Assembly: GCA_951406725.2 (NCBI GenBank) | Contig: OX597814.1 | Coordinates: 115,568,001-115,632,000 of the forward strand | Reading direction: 5' to 3' | Source of the DNA: Octopus vulgaris | Lineage: Eukaryota | Length of the DNA: 64,000 nucleotides | Shown: positions 49,290-62,700 of the stretch, in pieces | Position numbering within the stretch: the first letter of the stretch is position 1 | Layout: the number at the start of each line of letters is the position of its first letter | Program-made: the position numbers and the translations under genes | The notes under the pieces: generated by a model | Told to the model about the DNA's origin: nothing | What the model saw: the letters and a program-made list of their open reading frames with translations, nothing else | Databases searched by the model: none

Positions 49290-50971
49290 CTAGGGTTCAA
49301 AAACAAAATAGAAAACTTTTAAAAAACACATTAAAAACAAAACCTATACTTAGAGATACTTCCGAAAAATATTCAGAAAATACATGAAATAGATATTCAG
49401 AAAATATCGGACATTCTCCATATTCACAAACATGAGTTGGCACACACATCACACATAGATACTAAGCCATATCAAAAATAAGACTGTCAATCTCCTAAAC
49501 AGGAATTCACCGACAAACACTTATAACTTTCCTATTTCCACTTCAATGGTACAATGGTTTTTGTTCTGATTAATTTATTAACCATACAACATCTTAGACT
49601 TAGTTCTCCTTATTTCATTCCCTTCACTGTCTTATACATGTCCCTGCCCAACACCAAACTGATATAAACTGACTTAATACCAAATAGTTATATTTAATCA
49701 CAAGTATGAGAGCCTGAACAGGCCACAATTACTGTCATAGTTGTATTTCCTGGAGATCATCATCATCGTTTAACATCTGCTTTCCATGCTAGCATAGGTT
49801 GGACGAATGACTGAGGGCTGGCGAACCAGATGGCTACACCAGACTCCAATCTTGATCTGGCAGAGTTTCTACAGCTTGATGCCCTTCCTAACGTCAACCA
49901 CTCCAAGAGTGTAGTGGGTGCTTTTACGTGCCACCGGCACGGCGCCAGTCAGGTGTTACTGGCAACGACCACGCTCGAATCTCTTACACATGCCACCGGC
50001 ACAAGTGCCAGTAAGGCGATGCTGGTAACGATCATGCTTAAACGATGTCTTTTATGTGCCACCGGCACAAATAACTAATAAAAATATAAACAGCCTGTGC
50101 TGATGCCACATAAAAACACAAGTGTGCTGGTGCTACATGAAAAGCACCGAGTATGCTCTGTAAAGTGGTTAGTGTTAGGATGGGCATCCAGTCATAGAAA
50201 CCATGCCAAAACAGATGACTAGAGCCTGATGTAGCTCTCCAGTTTGTCAGCTCTTGTCAAACCATCCAACCTTTGGCAGCATGGAATACAGATGTTAAAT
50301 TATGATGATGATGAATAATTTCAAAGTTTGAAATCTTAAGACTATGCTCTTGCACCTCACCACCACCATATTTATCTCCATTCCAATAATTCTCACTCAC
50401 CTTTGTATAAAGCAGGATAGCCATGTGCCTCCTCCATAGCAAGACACCTATGCTTGTCCCACTCTTATCCTTTTGCCTTCAACATACAGCATACAACTCT
50501 ATCCCTCCCTCAAATTCACTCCCACATAATCAAAGGGCTTTTTCCTTTTCCCTTCTTTACCTTGCAAGTTACTTGGCCACCTCCACTAATTCTGATGTCA
50601 CAAAAATTACACCCAGTACACACTGCATTGTAAAGTGCTGTTTTAGGGAAGGCATCCAACCATAGAACCCATACCAAAGCTGACATCAGGTCCTGACACA
50701 ACTCTGCGACTCATCATATCTTACGAAACCATGCAACCCAAGCCAGCATGGAAAGTGGATGTTAATTAAATACAATAATGATGAAAAGTAAAAAGAAAAT
50801 TAAGAAAACTTTATATAAACAGGAATAAACTTTAAAAAGAAACCAATAAATTTCAACAGTATATCTGTCAAGTATAAGACAACAACTATAAGTTACAGTT
50901 AAAGCTGATCTTCACACAATAATAATGAAAGAAAGAAAACTAATCATTAATTTCACACTTTTTCTTTATTA

Positions 50972-52243
50972 TCAGGTCATTCCATAAGTTCTGTCCGATT
51001 TTACCTTTTTAAAATTGAAGGAAATTTAATAGTATTTTAGAATGTCTAATGGAATTAAAAATTATTTTTATGCATTTGTTTACATTTAAACTAATTAAAT
51101 ATTATTTTACAGAATAATAGAATTAAAATTTCTTTGATTAAAACCCTTTCTAACATGGAAGTATCCAAAGAACATTTGAAGCACAATGCTTTATGAGTAC
51201 AAAAGAGGAAACTCTGCAGCCGAAACGACTCAAAACACACTCAGTTTATGGGAAAGAATGCTTGAATGAAAGAACTTGCAGAAGATGGTTTGCAAAATTC
51301 AGAAGTGGAGAGTTCAGCCTTGAAGGTGAAGATCGAACAGGACGTCCAGTTGAGTTTGATGATAAGCTCCTTGAGGCATTACTTGAAGAAAATCCTGCAT
51401 TATCAGTTGAAGAATTGGCAATAAAGTTTAGTTCAAACCATACAACTGTTTGTCGTCATCTTCAACAACTTGGAAAGGTTCCTAAACTTGGAAAATGGGT
51501 GCCTCATGAATTGTCCAAAAGCAACCGCAAATCCCAAGTTGACATCCGCTCTCCTCTTCATCCTCGCGAACTCATTTCACTCTTTTTTGGATAGACTTGT
51601 GACTTGTGATAAGAAATGGATCTTCTATCAAAATGTTAAACATTGTAAATAGTGGCTTGGTAAAAGGAAAAAAGCTCAACCACAACAGAGAAGGGAACTT
51701 CATGGGAAAACGTTTTTTCTATCTGGTGGGATTAATTCACTTTGAATTGTTACCACCTAATGCAACAATCAATTCTCAAATCTACTGTCAGCAATCAGAG
51801 CGTTTGAACCGAACTTTGAAGAAAAAAAGACCTGCTTTAGTGAATTGAAAAGGAGCGATGTTTCATCAGGACAATGCACGACCCCACACTGAAAAGATCA
51901 CATCACAGAAGATCAAAGAGCTTGGTTGGGAAAAAAATTCCTCATCCACCTTATTCTCCCAACCTTGCTTCTTCAGATTACCATTTGTTTCGTAGTTTAT
52001 AGAATCATTTGGGGGGGCATAACTCTCGCAAGCCAGGAAGAGGTCGAAACTGATATTTCAGAGTTCTTCGCAGCGAAACTAAAAGAGTTTTAAACTGAGG
52101 GGATTAAAAATCTTGTAAATAGATGGAAGGAAGTCATAGATAATCAGGGAAAGTACATTGATGATCAAATTTCAGTTGAATATAACATTTGATCACTTGT
52201 TTTCTTTATTCAAAATCTGGACAGAACTTATGGGATGACCTGA
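50972..52243 (+). mobile_element. near full-length (~1.27 kb) mariner with a frameshifted transposase
   Basis: TIRs TCAGGTCATTCCATAAGTTCTGTCC / GGACAGAACTTATGGGATGACCTGA with TA flanks; WVPHEL, LVTCDKKW, HQDNARPH and PHPPYSP motifs are split over several frames. Confidence 0.93.
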
Positions 52244-52658
52244 TAGTAAACTGAAAACAAGGTAAAAACCCGTTCATCTAACACTGTCCATTTTATCTGT
52301 AAATGTTCTAAATTTATTGCATTGTTTTCAAGCTCACTCTCTCTCTCTCCAAACTATCTACTAAAAACAATTTTTTCATGTAGTTTACATTATCTATTCC
52401 GTCATATCTATCTCTTACTGACATTAATTAGTCAAAATATAACAACCACAATACCTAAAATTGACAAAGGAGGTGGCACTGAGCCAATTAATAAAATGCT
52501 AGCATCTGATTGGTACTTATTTTAATTTTATCGGTCTCAAAGGACAAAGCTAACCCTGAGTTAATGTCACTAAACACTTTGCTATCAATTTTGCTGTTCG
52601 TAACAGTTTTTAGTCAAAAGTGAAACACAAATATCAGATAAAAAAAAAACAAACTTAC

Positions 52659-52794
52659 CAGTTGCACTAGCATATATAACTCTAGATTTGGGTAGTTTGT
52701 TCTGTAGTTCAAGTACTGTCTGTCCCGTTTTGGTTGGTTTACTAGAACCAACAGGACACAAATTTTTGGCCCTGTGGCATTCATCAAAAACAAT
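52659..52794 (-). CDS. SBNO1: SBNO exon [24 protein letters not shown]...YASATG (DExH motif)
   Basis: AG/GT boundaries, conserved motifs II and III. Confidence 0.97.
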
Positions 52795-53906
52795 CTAAGA
52801 AAACAAAGTTAAGGAAATTAATACTTTCATAGCTTTTACCTGAAGAAGAAACAAACAGCAAAATAAGTGATGAGGTTTAATTTTTTTTTTCTTTCTTTCA
52901 CAAAAAAAAATTAACCCATAAAGTGCTGGGATTTGCACTTACATAGCAGGGACTGCTGAACACATTTTAAGAAAATGAAACTACCATGCACACACACACA
53001 AAAAAAAAAGGAAAAATGTCAAACTTAGTATATAATGGTGGCAAGTTTTACATCATCTGAAAAGTCATTAGTTGAACTATTAGTCCTCTTGCATTCTGGG
53101 GGTTATCGGAACATTTGAGTAACATTAGACCCCAACAAACGCCCATAAGTTAAATGCATCTATCTGGGCCATGATCGTGGCCCATCGAGCTTAATGTGTG
53201 AAGTAAATTTGTTAGAGAAAACATGTACCATCTAAGATATTATTTTGTCTTTTACTTGTTTCAGTTATTAGGCTGAGACCATGCTGGGGCACCACCTTGA
53301 AGAATTTTTAGTTGAATGAAATGACCACCCTACTTTTATTTTTGTTTAGCTTGGTACTTATTCTATCAGTTTCCTTCGCAGAACCCCTAAATTATGGGGA
53401 CATAAACACACCAACACCAGATGTCAAGCACCGGTGGGAGACAAACACATGCACGCATATATACGATGGGCCTTTCAGTTTCCATCAACCAAACCCACTC
53501 ACAAGGTTTTCGTCAGCCCAAGGTGTCATGCAGGGAACTGAACCTGGAACCATGTGGTTGGGAAGCAAGCTTCTTACCACAGCCACACCTATTTCTTTAC
53601 TACCCACAAGGGGCTAAACACAGAGAGGACAAACAAGGACAAACAAAATGGATTAAGTCGATTATATTGACCCCAGTGCGTACCTGGTACTTATTTAATC
53701 GAGGATGAAAGGCAAAGTTGACCTCGGCGGAATTTGAACTCAGAACGTAGCGGCAGACGAAATACCGCTAAGCATTTCGCTCTGCATGCTAATGTTTCTG
53801 CCAGCTACACCTGCACATTTATAATTAAAAGTTCCATTTAATTCTTTGGTTCAAAATAAATTTATGACAAATTTAGAAATATCTGTGTTTTTTAAGAAAA
53901 GGATAC
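52795..53906 (-). other. U12-type (minor spliceosome) GT-AG intron
   Basis: 5'ss GTATCCTTT (53906-53898) and branch site TTCCTTAAC (52816-52808) about 13 nt upstream of the 3' AG; both match the U12 consensus. Confidence 0.92.
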
Positions 53907-54068
53907 AACACCATCAAAATCTTCACCACACCATCTTAGAATTTGTTTCAACCGGGTTTTATATTTTCCATCAGACTGGCTTTCACCAATCAATGAGGAA
54001 TATGTAGCAAATATTACACCTTTCTTCACACTACCATTTTCTTTTGATGAAATCTTTGCATACTTGAA
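53907..54068 (-). CDS. SBNO1: SBNO exon [31 protein letters not shown]...WCGEDFDGV
   Basis: 162 nt; its donor is the U12-type GTATCCTTT. Confidence 0.96.
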
Positions 54069-55451
54069 CTAAAAAACAAAGAACACAGAAAGTTTATTAA
54101 GTTAGAAGATTTTGCAAGCAGCATGAAAATACATTATAATGTTTAAAAGATTAAAACCTAAAAACATAAAACTTGGAGAGAAAACAAACAGTTCAAAAAC
54201 AAAATACTTAAATATTTGAAATACTAAGTAAAATACTGCATTTATAAGTTGCAATATTTTATACTCGATTCTAACAGAGAAAAGTGGAGTGTGACTTATA
54301 CATGGAGCAGCAAAACTAACATGAAACTTGTGTAGTAAGGCTTAATCATCATCATTTAGCGTCTGTTTTCCATGTTGGTATGGGTTAGATCAGAGGGTTG
54401 CCAAATTCTTTCAACCATCGACCCCCTTTGGCTACTTTTCCTTCTGCAACAACCAAACTTCTCATTTAAAATACCATAATACCCTACCCTACCATATCTT
54501 GATATGACAATGGTGATATTGATGATGGCATATTTAAACAGAAAAACACACACCAATTTTGATGTATTGGTTTTGTGTATACAGTTCACTTTGCAACCAA
54601 ATGGTCTAGAGTTCCATCTCACTTGGTGTGACCATAGGCAGGTGTAGTCTTGGCTGACTAGTGCCATGTGAGTAGAACTGATAGACAGGACAAACTGTAT
54701 GGAAGCCCATAGTCACTGTTATTATCATCATTATTTCAATGTCCACTTTTCTATGGTTGCATGGATCAGATTAAACTTGTCAAGGAGGATTTTCTACAAC
54801 TGGATGATCTTTGCTGTTTCCAAAAAAGAAATATTTCTCCAAGTTCTTCAAACACAAAAGCTCAATAATGGCGGACATGTATGTCTTCGGGGAAGATTAC
54901 AGTTATATGTATGAACTTTGATCAGTGTGCAAATGTCAAGAAAAGGTGCCGCACATATACATATACACACACGCACGTGCTGTTTTTGAGTGTATGGCTG
55001 TGATTTTTTTCAGCTTCTGTCTACGAAGTTCACAAATAAGGCATTGGCCAACCTCAGAATATAATACAGGAAACTTTCTCAAAATGCCTCATAGTGGAAC
55101 TGGAACAGAAACCACAGGCATTGTGGAGGGACAGGGACACATGCAGTTACACATGTGCATGCCCCATGTATGTTAATGTGAATGTTTACATTCTGCGTCT
55201 TTGCATGAGCTAAACAAAATCTGTTTGCATTCCATGTCAGTACAACATCCTCTCACTCTGCACTCTAAGATAAGCGGAATAAAAAAAAATCCCTTAAAGA
55301 ACTGTTAAGGGTTAGTGATTTAAAGGACATTCAGTTGCAAAACCATACCTCAATAATATATATTCGTTCAACCAATGCTAGCATAGATAAACAGACAAGG
55401 TTATCAAACAAACGGACAAGTTAAAAATCATTACAAATTACAGGAATTTAC

Positions 55452-55542
55452 CTTATTTAATGGATGGACTTCTATCTTTGAGGCTCCAATATCTTTTAGA
55501 TCTCTCTCAGCATCAACTTTTAAGTCATTAGAGACACTGAAC
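55452..55542 (-). CDS. SBNO1: SBNO exon [30 protein letters not shown]
   Basis: AG/GT boundaries, phase 2-0, conserved sequence. Confidence 0.96.
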
Positions 55543-55681
55543 CTGTTAATAACAAAAGGCATCCATTTATTTCAGAAACCAATTTAACAATAAACCAAGA
55601 TCATTCAAAAAAAATATATTAAATGCAAAATGAGATAATGTGCATATGCAAAAAGAAAATAACTGCAGAAATTTCACATAC

Positions 55682-55766
55682 CAAAGTGCACGTTTTCTGC
55701 CTTGCAAATAATTTTCAAAAATAATTCCAGCAACTGTTCGGCCTTTTCCAACACCAGCCCCATCGC
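55682..55766 (-). CDS. SBNO1: SBNO exon [29 protein letters not shown] (Walker A-like motif I)
   Basis: AG/GT boundaries, conserved P-loop. Confidence 0.96.
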
Positions 55767-56959
55767 CTGAAAATTAAGTTAAAGATAAATAATATACTTC
55801 ACAAAAACCCCAGCCAAATAACTGGGCTTCTCAGACTTTATTATAATGGAGCTTATATAAGTAGTCTTTTATCCTTTTACTTGTTTCAGTCACTTGACTG
55901 TGGCCATGCTGGAGCACCGGCTTTAGTAGAACAAATTGACCCCCCAGGACTTATTCTGTAAGCCAAGTACCTATTCTGTCGGTCTCATTTGCTGAACCAC
56001 TAAGTTACGGGGATGTAAACATACCAGCATCGGTTGTCAAGTGATGGAGGGGTGACAAATACAAACACACATAAATATATATATATATGTATGTATGTGT
56101 ATGTATATATATATATATATATATACATACATACACACACATGCAATGGGCTTCTTTCAGTTTCCGTCTACCAAATCCACTCACAAGGTTTTGGTCGGCC
56201 CGAGGCTATAGTAGAAGATACTTGCCCAAGCTGCCACACAGTGGGGCTGAACCCAGAACCATGTGGTTGAGAAGCAAACTTCTTACCACACAGCCACTCC
56301 TGTGCTTGTCTATGTATGTAACTGAAATAATACTAACTTTTTGTCACTGCATATCATACACCCTTGTCATGTGAACCATACTTCATACCACCTTTTAAAC
56401 CATCCATCTCTCTGAAGAAATGAAATGGGGAGAGAGATGAGGGAGGGATATTGTGTACTGGTACAAGGGAGTACCATCTTTTCTATCTGCTGCATCTCTG
56501 TATAATGATATTTTAACCCACACCAGGTGGCACCAAAATATGTCAGCTGGCCTTGGTATTCAACAAAAGAGCTACTACATGATTGCTCATTCCACTGGAA
56601 ATAGCAATTAAATCTCCCTCAAATCACACCCTACCATTTTAGATTAAAGTATATACTGGACAAAGTGATTCCTGAAACAAAAAACAATGGTCAGAATTGG
56701 AATGCCTTTTATCACAGGCCTACTCATTCAGAAATTATCAATAGTTAAACACCAGTCACCTTTACTGCAAGCCAAGGTATGGTTACTATACATCTGCTAG
56801 ACAAGGCAGGCAAATTTCCCTCAAGTGCACTCATCATTTACACTGGGTTACAATGTATTAAGTTCCTGTGTATTCCTATACTGCACCTCAAGCATATCGT
56901 AGGATTTCTCATATGGCAGTTTTGAATCCTTTCCTGCTAATTGAAACTGTCTTTGTTAA

Positions 56960-57240
56960 GTATATTTGAAGAGTTTCGATTCTAGAATCTGCTTCCATAT
57001 TTTGGAACTTTTACTTGAATTCTTTAACTGAGTGGGCTATGAGAAGCACATCATCAGCATACAGGAGTTCTCATGGAGAGCCAGTCTTAAATTCTTGTTA
57101 TGGCCTTGAGAACTATATAAAACAGGAAGAGTCAAAACAAGGCCCTGATGGACACAGCTGCATACTAAATTCCTTACTGTACTCATTGCTGACTGACAGT
57201 AAATTGCTCTATACTCAGCAGACCAGTTATCTATAATTAG
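56960..57240 (-). pseudogene. decayed RTE reverse transcriptase fragment
   Basis: The minus strand reads EFKTGSP*ELLYADDVLLIAHS..., a YADD motif with stops. Confidence 0.65.
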
Positions 57241-58444
57241 TTTTTTCAGTGACTGATGCCAGTACCTCCTGATTGGCTCTTATGCCAGTGGCACGTAAAA
57301 AGCACTATCCAAACATGGTCAATGCCAGTACCCACTGACAGGCGCCCGTGCCAGTGGCACGTAAAAAGCACTATCCGAATGTGATCGATGCCTGCCTGAC
57401 TGACTGGTTCCTGTACCGGTGGCATGTAAAAAGCACCCACTACACTCAGGTGGTTGGCATTAGGAAGGGCATCCAAGCAGTAGAAACATTGCCAGATCAG
57501 ATTGGAGCCTGGTGCAGCTTCTATTAAACTGTCCAACCCATGCCAACATGGGAAATGGACGTTAAACGATGATGAAGATCAGACCACATTGTGATTGCTT
57601 CTCCTGGTCAACAAATACTAATTATTAAATTACAAATTAAAAGCAGCTCTAGCAATGTAAACATTATCAGTTACACACACATAGTTTACATGTTTTGTTT
57701 ACACAACCCATTTGCAACAGGATAGTATCCAGGGAAAGCTCCCTACATGACGTCTTAAAGAACACCAAGTGCCACTGACCAGGTGAGACAACTTGCCCCA
57801 AAGTGATCAAGAATGGTAAATACCAATACTTCACCATTATTATAGCTTATCAATACCATGTTCTCAGATTACCCCAAAACAAAATGAATTGCTGGCCTCG
57901 TATTTATATGCAAATATTATTAGGTATACTGATTTGCTGTAGGCTAAGAATTTCTGAAACAACTGTCTGATTACAAAGTTTTTTTTTAAAAAATATAACT
58001 GGTTGGAAGAACACAAACAAGAATGAAGTAACAAATTAGTAAAACCTATCTAAACTACACTCTCGGAGTGGTTGGCACTAGGAAGGGCATCCAGCTGTAG
58101 AAACTCTGCCAGATCAAGATTAGAGCCTGATGCAGCCATCTGGTTCGCCAGCCCTCAGTCAAAATCATCCAACCCATGCTAGCATGGAAAGCGGACATTA
58201 AACGATGATGATGATGAATCTAAAGTCAGTAATTTCAGCTGATCTTACAAAGTCATATGTTCAAGTGAAAACACTGAGTTTCTTTAATTTTTATTACACT
58301 GATATATAAAACAAAAAGCTTTATAATTTTAGTAAAACACCAAAGATTTTAGAAGTTTTGACAAGAGATTGATGCAAAGAATAAATAGTAAATTACTTAG
58401 TAGTAATAGATGAGGAATGTTTGTAAAGACTATTTTATACATAC

Positions 58445-58654
58445 CAATAAGGAATCCAGCCCGATCTCCACTTGGCATGATGGTATCATGGCGTTGACAG
58501 GCGTATGTAATTGATTCTAACTGAAGGGCTGATAACTGGCCAGTGTCTATAGTTGAGTCAGGAAGATGAACTTTGTACCGCACATTTGGAGGTTCCACAC
58601 TGGATAAAGAACTTGATTCGACCACAGCATCGGGGTGTTTTTCACCAATACGTA
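58445..58654 (-). CDS. SBNO1: SBNO exon [20 protein letters not shown]...RAGFLIG
   Basis: AG/GT boundaries, phase 1-1, conserved HPDAVVE and LSALQLE motifs. Confidence 0.96.
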
Positions 58655-58811
58655 CTACAAGAATAAATAATCGAATGAAAATGGCTGGTGGAATTAAATG
58701 TTGATATTCTTGGAAATATAATTATACAAATCAAGACGAAATAAGAAATTATTACAAACACAAGAGACAATTACTTTGAAATGAATAAATAACAAAATAA
58801 AGATAACATAC

Positions 58812-58977
58812 ATTTGGTTGGCATATATTCAGAATATGTTTCAGCTTGACCAAGTTCCTCAATCTCTTCTTCAACTTCTTCTTCTTCTGGTATGTTGTTA
58901 TGATGATGATGGTGGTGATGGTGATGGTGGTGATGATGATAATGAGGTGTGCGAAGTGGCATATTGATCCCAGGAGC
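58812..58977 (-). CDS. SBNO1: SBNO exon (first found in window): APGINMPLRTPHY-H13-NNIPEEEEVEEEIEELGQAETYSEYMPTK
   Basis: Acidic stretch plus AETYSEYMP matches SBNO1 GHAETYAEYMP; TAG acceptor at 58978-79, GT donor at 58810-11. The 5' boundary is less certain. Confidence 0.85.
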
Positions 58978-59067
58978 CTATCGAATACATTTAAAAATGA
59001 AAAAGATAAGCATCATTATACTGCAATCATGAGACAAAAAAAGGTCGAGAATATGATTTATCTAAGG

Positions 59068-59787
59068 CAGGGGTTCTCAACCATTTTTTATCTACGGACC
59101 CCTTTGATTACTATTTTATTCTGGTGGACCCCCATAGCCACTTGATGTTTAAAAACTAGTTTCATAGAAACTTCTTTCAAAATTCCCATTTTGCTTTTCA
59201 TACATTAACTTGCCTTACTGGCACTTGTGCCTGTGCTAGAAGGGTGCCAAGAGCACCATCTGAGTGTGATCGTTGCCAGAGCGGCTAACTGGCTTCCGTG
59301 TCGGTGACACATAGAAGGGCACCATTCGAGTGTGATCATTACCAGCGTCGCCTTACTGGCACCTGTAAAAAGATTCGAGCGAGGTCACTACTAGTACCGC
59401 CTGACCGGTCCACATGCCGGTGGCACGTAAAAGACATCCACTACACTCTCGGAGTGGTTGGCATTAGGAAGGGCATCCAGCTGTAGAAACTTTGCCAGAT
59501 CAAGATTGGAACCTGGTGCAGCCATCTGGTTCGCCAGCCCTTAGTCAAAATTGTCCAACCCATGCTAGCATGGAAAATGGACATTAAACGATGATGGTGA
59601 TGAACTTGTATAGATTGAACCATGTAAATTGTTAGAGAAAGAAACCTAGCTGTTTCTTGCAGTACATACAAACATCTAAAGCAACAATTTTTCAAGGGCC
59701 CTTTAAATACTATTGTAGATCCCCAACTTACTATTTTATTGCACGGACCCCCAAAAATCTTATATGGACCCTGGTTGAGAATCACTG
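59068..59787. mobile_element. hAT-like MITE (same family) with a nested RTE tail at ~59210-59602
   Basis: TIRs CAGGGGTTCTCAACC / GGTTGAGAATCACTG; degenerate 8-bp TSD ATCTAAGG / AACTAAGC. Confidence 0.7.
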
Positions 59788-62700
59788 AACTAAGCAGATG
59801 TTAAGAATATGATCTGAAAAACACATCATGACTGCAAAGGGAGAATTACAATTTGTTTAATAAGTATCTAGAATTTGTTTGTCTCTTCAAAAGCCCTTTG
59901 ATAGACCCTGTCAATGGTTATGTATGGTTGGAAATGTACAAGTAATATTTATTTTTGAAGTGTTCCACAATAGCATTGTCCATAAACAATGGTTTTCAAC
60001 ATCATTTGTATCTCTCATCTTTAAAAATTCTAAATAACATAGACCACGAGATCAGTTTTTTACTTTTGTTATTTTAGATGGATTTCCAATCATGCCAAAC
60101 ACTGATCTTACCTTCATTTTAAAAAGACACCCCAAAAAAGTTTTCCTTTTTTGTGCTCAGATGACCAACAAATTCCAGTAAATTTCAGCTGTTATCAATT
60201 TGAAAGAAAAGTTATCTAAATTTAGGGCTTCCACTGATGCAGTGTTTTTTTTTGGGGGGGGGGGGGGGTAAAGTTTGTTTTGGAGAGAGGGCTTGACTCA
60301 TGATGTTTGAAGGGTCTTTGCAACCTGTGAGATTGATGTGATTCATGTTTGTGAACTGCAATTTAACAAATACTGGAGACATGGACAGGATGGGAACTCA
60401 AAGACTGGGATCTTCTAGATGATCACACAACCTTTTAAAATAGCAGCCAAATCTCCTCTCAAGTCACATTCTACTTTCTTAAAATAGAAAGGACATGTTG
60501 GATAATGTAATTCTATATAATGCTATGTCTGGAAAAAAACTGGATATTAAGGTTAAGTGCTTTAACACCTTTGATAACAAATAGATCTGTTAAATTAGAG
60601 AAGATTTGGTGTTAAACAAGAGCTAAGACATAGCAGTATAAAAAAAAAATGGGTTAAGATAAAAAAAACACCAGAAATTACTGACAGAATATATAAAGGG
60701 ATCTATTCAAAACGTTAAAATATTTCCTCTCATTTCAATAGCCTACCATATCTCAATTATTGCTTCTGCTGATTCCTGCCCACACTAACTTCCACAATTC
60801 TTAGATTATAGTGTTATGTTACATTATTTATTTCAACCAATTGATAACGAATCAGATAAAGTGGTATCACTTTAACATTAAATGACATCTCCAACTATAC
60901 ACAGTGATACACACAGCTTGTCATGACACTTCTGAAGCACTCAGAACAACCGTATCCCAGTAATATACAAATCTAAATAAAACTGGATTTCCATCAGTTT
61001 GGACAATTAGTATTCTGGTTGTTCAAATAGCACAACCACTCACTCTTTGAATTAGCTGGTAACTGGCCCTCAGTTGAGCAGTTATCTTGTAAAGGACTTG
61101 ACCTCACTAGTGCTGGTGCCACATTAAAAAAAAAAAAAAAAAAAAAAAAAGCACACATCACACTCTGTAAAATGGTTGTTAGAAAGGGGATTGGTGTCAA
61201 TCAGTAGAAACCATGTCAAAGCAGACATTGGAGCTTGACACAATCCTCTAGATTGTCAAACCATCCAACTTACGCCAGAATGGAAAACAGACATTAAATG
61301 GTGATGGTGATCATTCCATAAACACTGATACCCTCGTGATTCTCAGGTAGAATCAGCATGACTATGGCAAGGTTCTACTGTTAACCCTTTGGCATTCTCA
61401 TTCCATGTGAAATACACAGCTCATGCTTCAACCGACTAACTTTGTTCATTAACTGATATATTAATTTGATGTCTGACACATAGAAATGAGGAATGGTCTG
61501 ACAGAAAATTGTGATAGATGGTTTTACTTTCAATATTTAACACTTAAAATTGATAGTTTTATAAAAGAAACAGAAGGAATTTCAGGTAGGTCAGTATCAA
61601 AAGAGTTAAATTACAGGTACAATCTGACAAACTTTCAGTTTCTCTCTATCCAATTTCATTTATAAGACTTGGGCTGATCCAAGGATATGGAAATCTATTA
61701 GATCTAATTAATAAATCTAACATTCAGTTAAATAGACGAGATAGGCTCATGAAACCTGTATCATCATGAAATAACACACAGTGAATTTTAAATATTGTCA
61801 TTTTGTTAATTTCATATAAATTTATAAATTTTCACATGGACGGGCAGTGCCAGATCAGACTGGGCCTGGTGCAGCCTCCTGGCTTCCCAGACCCCGGTCG
61901 AACTGTCCAACCCATGCTAGCATGGAAAGCGGACATTAAATGATGATGATTAACAGGAGCTGCATCAGACTCCATTGTCTGCTTTGGCAAGGTTTCTACA
62001 GCTGGATGCCCTTCCTAACACCAACTAATTTATTACATGGTATATTGGGTGCGTTTTACGTAATACCAGCACCGGTACTTTTTATGTGGCACCAAAACTA
62101 GTAAAATCACCAAGTAATTGACTGAGAGGGAGCATAGTACTGAGGGAGGTGGCTTTGTGCCAGTTGAGAAGTTGAAGTGTAATATGGGAATAGAGATAGG
62201 TGTCTTGCTATTGAGGATACTTGGCTACTTCAGTTGGAAATTAACAGTTTTAGAGCCATAAGCAAGTACTGTGTGGTAAATAATCAGATTATAAGTAACC
62301 ATTCTCATATTAACCCATCATCATCCATCATTTTGCATCCAGGTTTTGTCCCCGTAAACAGGGGTGGCCGGATCTACCTCAATGCCATTGCAACAGCCCT
62401 CACACCATCTTGCTCAGTTCTGGGCATTCTCCCTACTCAAGCCAACCCTCCCAATCTCCCCCTCCACATTTTCCTCGGTCTACCTTGCTTTCACTGTCCT
62501 TTTACCTGAAACTCTAGCAGCCTCTTCAGAACATGCACCTCATCCCTCCTCAACACATGCCCATACTACTGCACTCCATTTGCCCTTGTCAGCCATTCCA
62601 CTGATTCCTCCAACCCCAGTATCCCCATCGAGTCCTCAGTCCTCCTCTTATCAAACAGCCTCACGCCACACATTTCTCTCACCATTGTTCTCTCAGTCCT

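Larger units (their letters stand above)
15968..58977 (-). other. SBNO1: strawberry notch homolog gene span (27 coding exons in the window; 5' end outside the window)
   Basis: Hand-assembled exons join in frame (3570 nt) and give the SBNO helicase-like motifs [45 protein letters not shown] and [11 protein letters not shown]. Confidence 0.97.

Noticed and set aside
51193-51848. Active mariner transposase or SETMAR-like domesticated gene
   Set aside because: The coding sequence is split over several frames with stop codons; it is a decayed copy.
55767-55790. Second U12 intron (TCTTTAAC near the acceptor)
   Set aside because: The matching donor at 58444 is GTATGT, a U2-type site without the ATCC signature.
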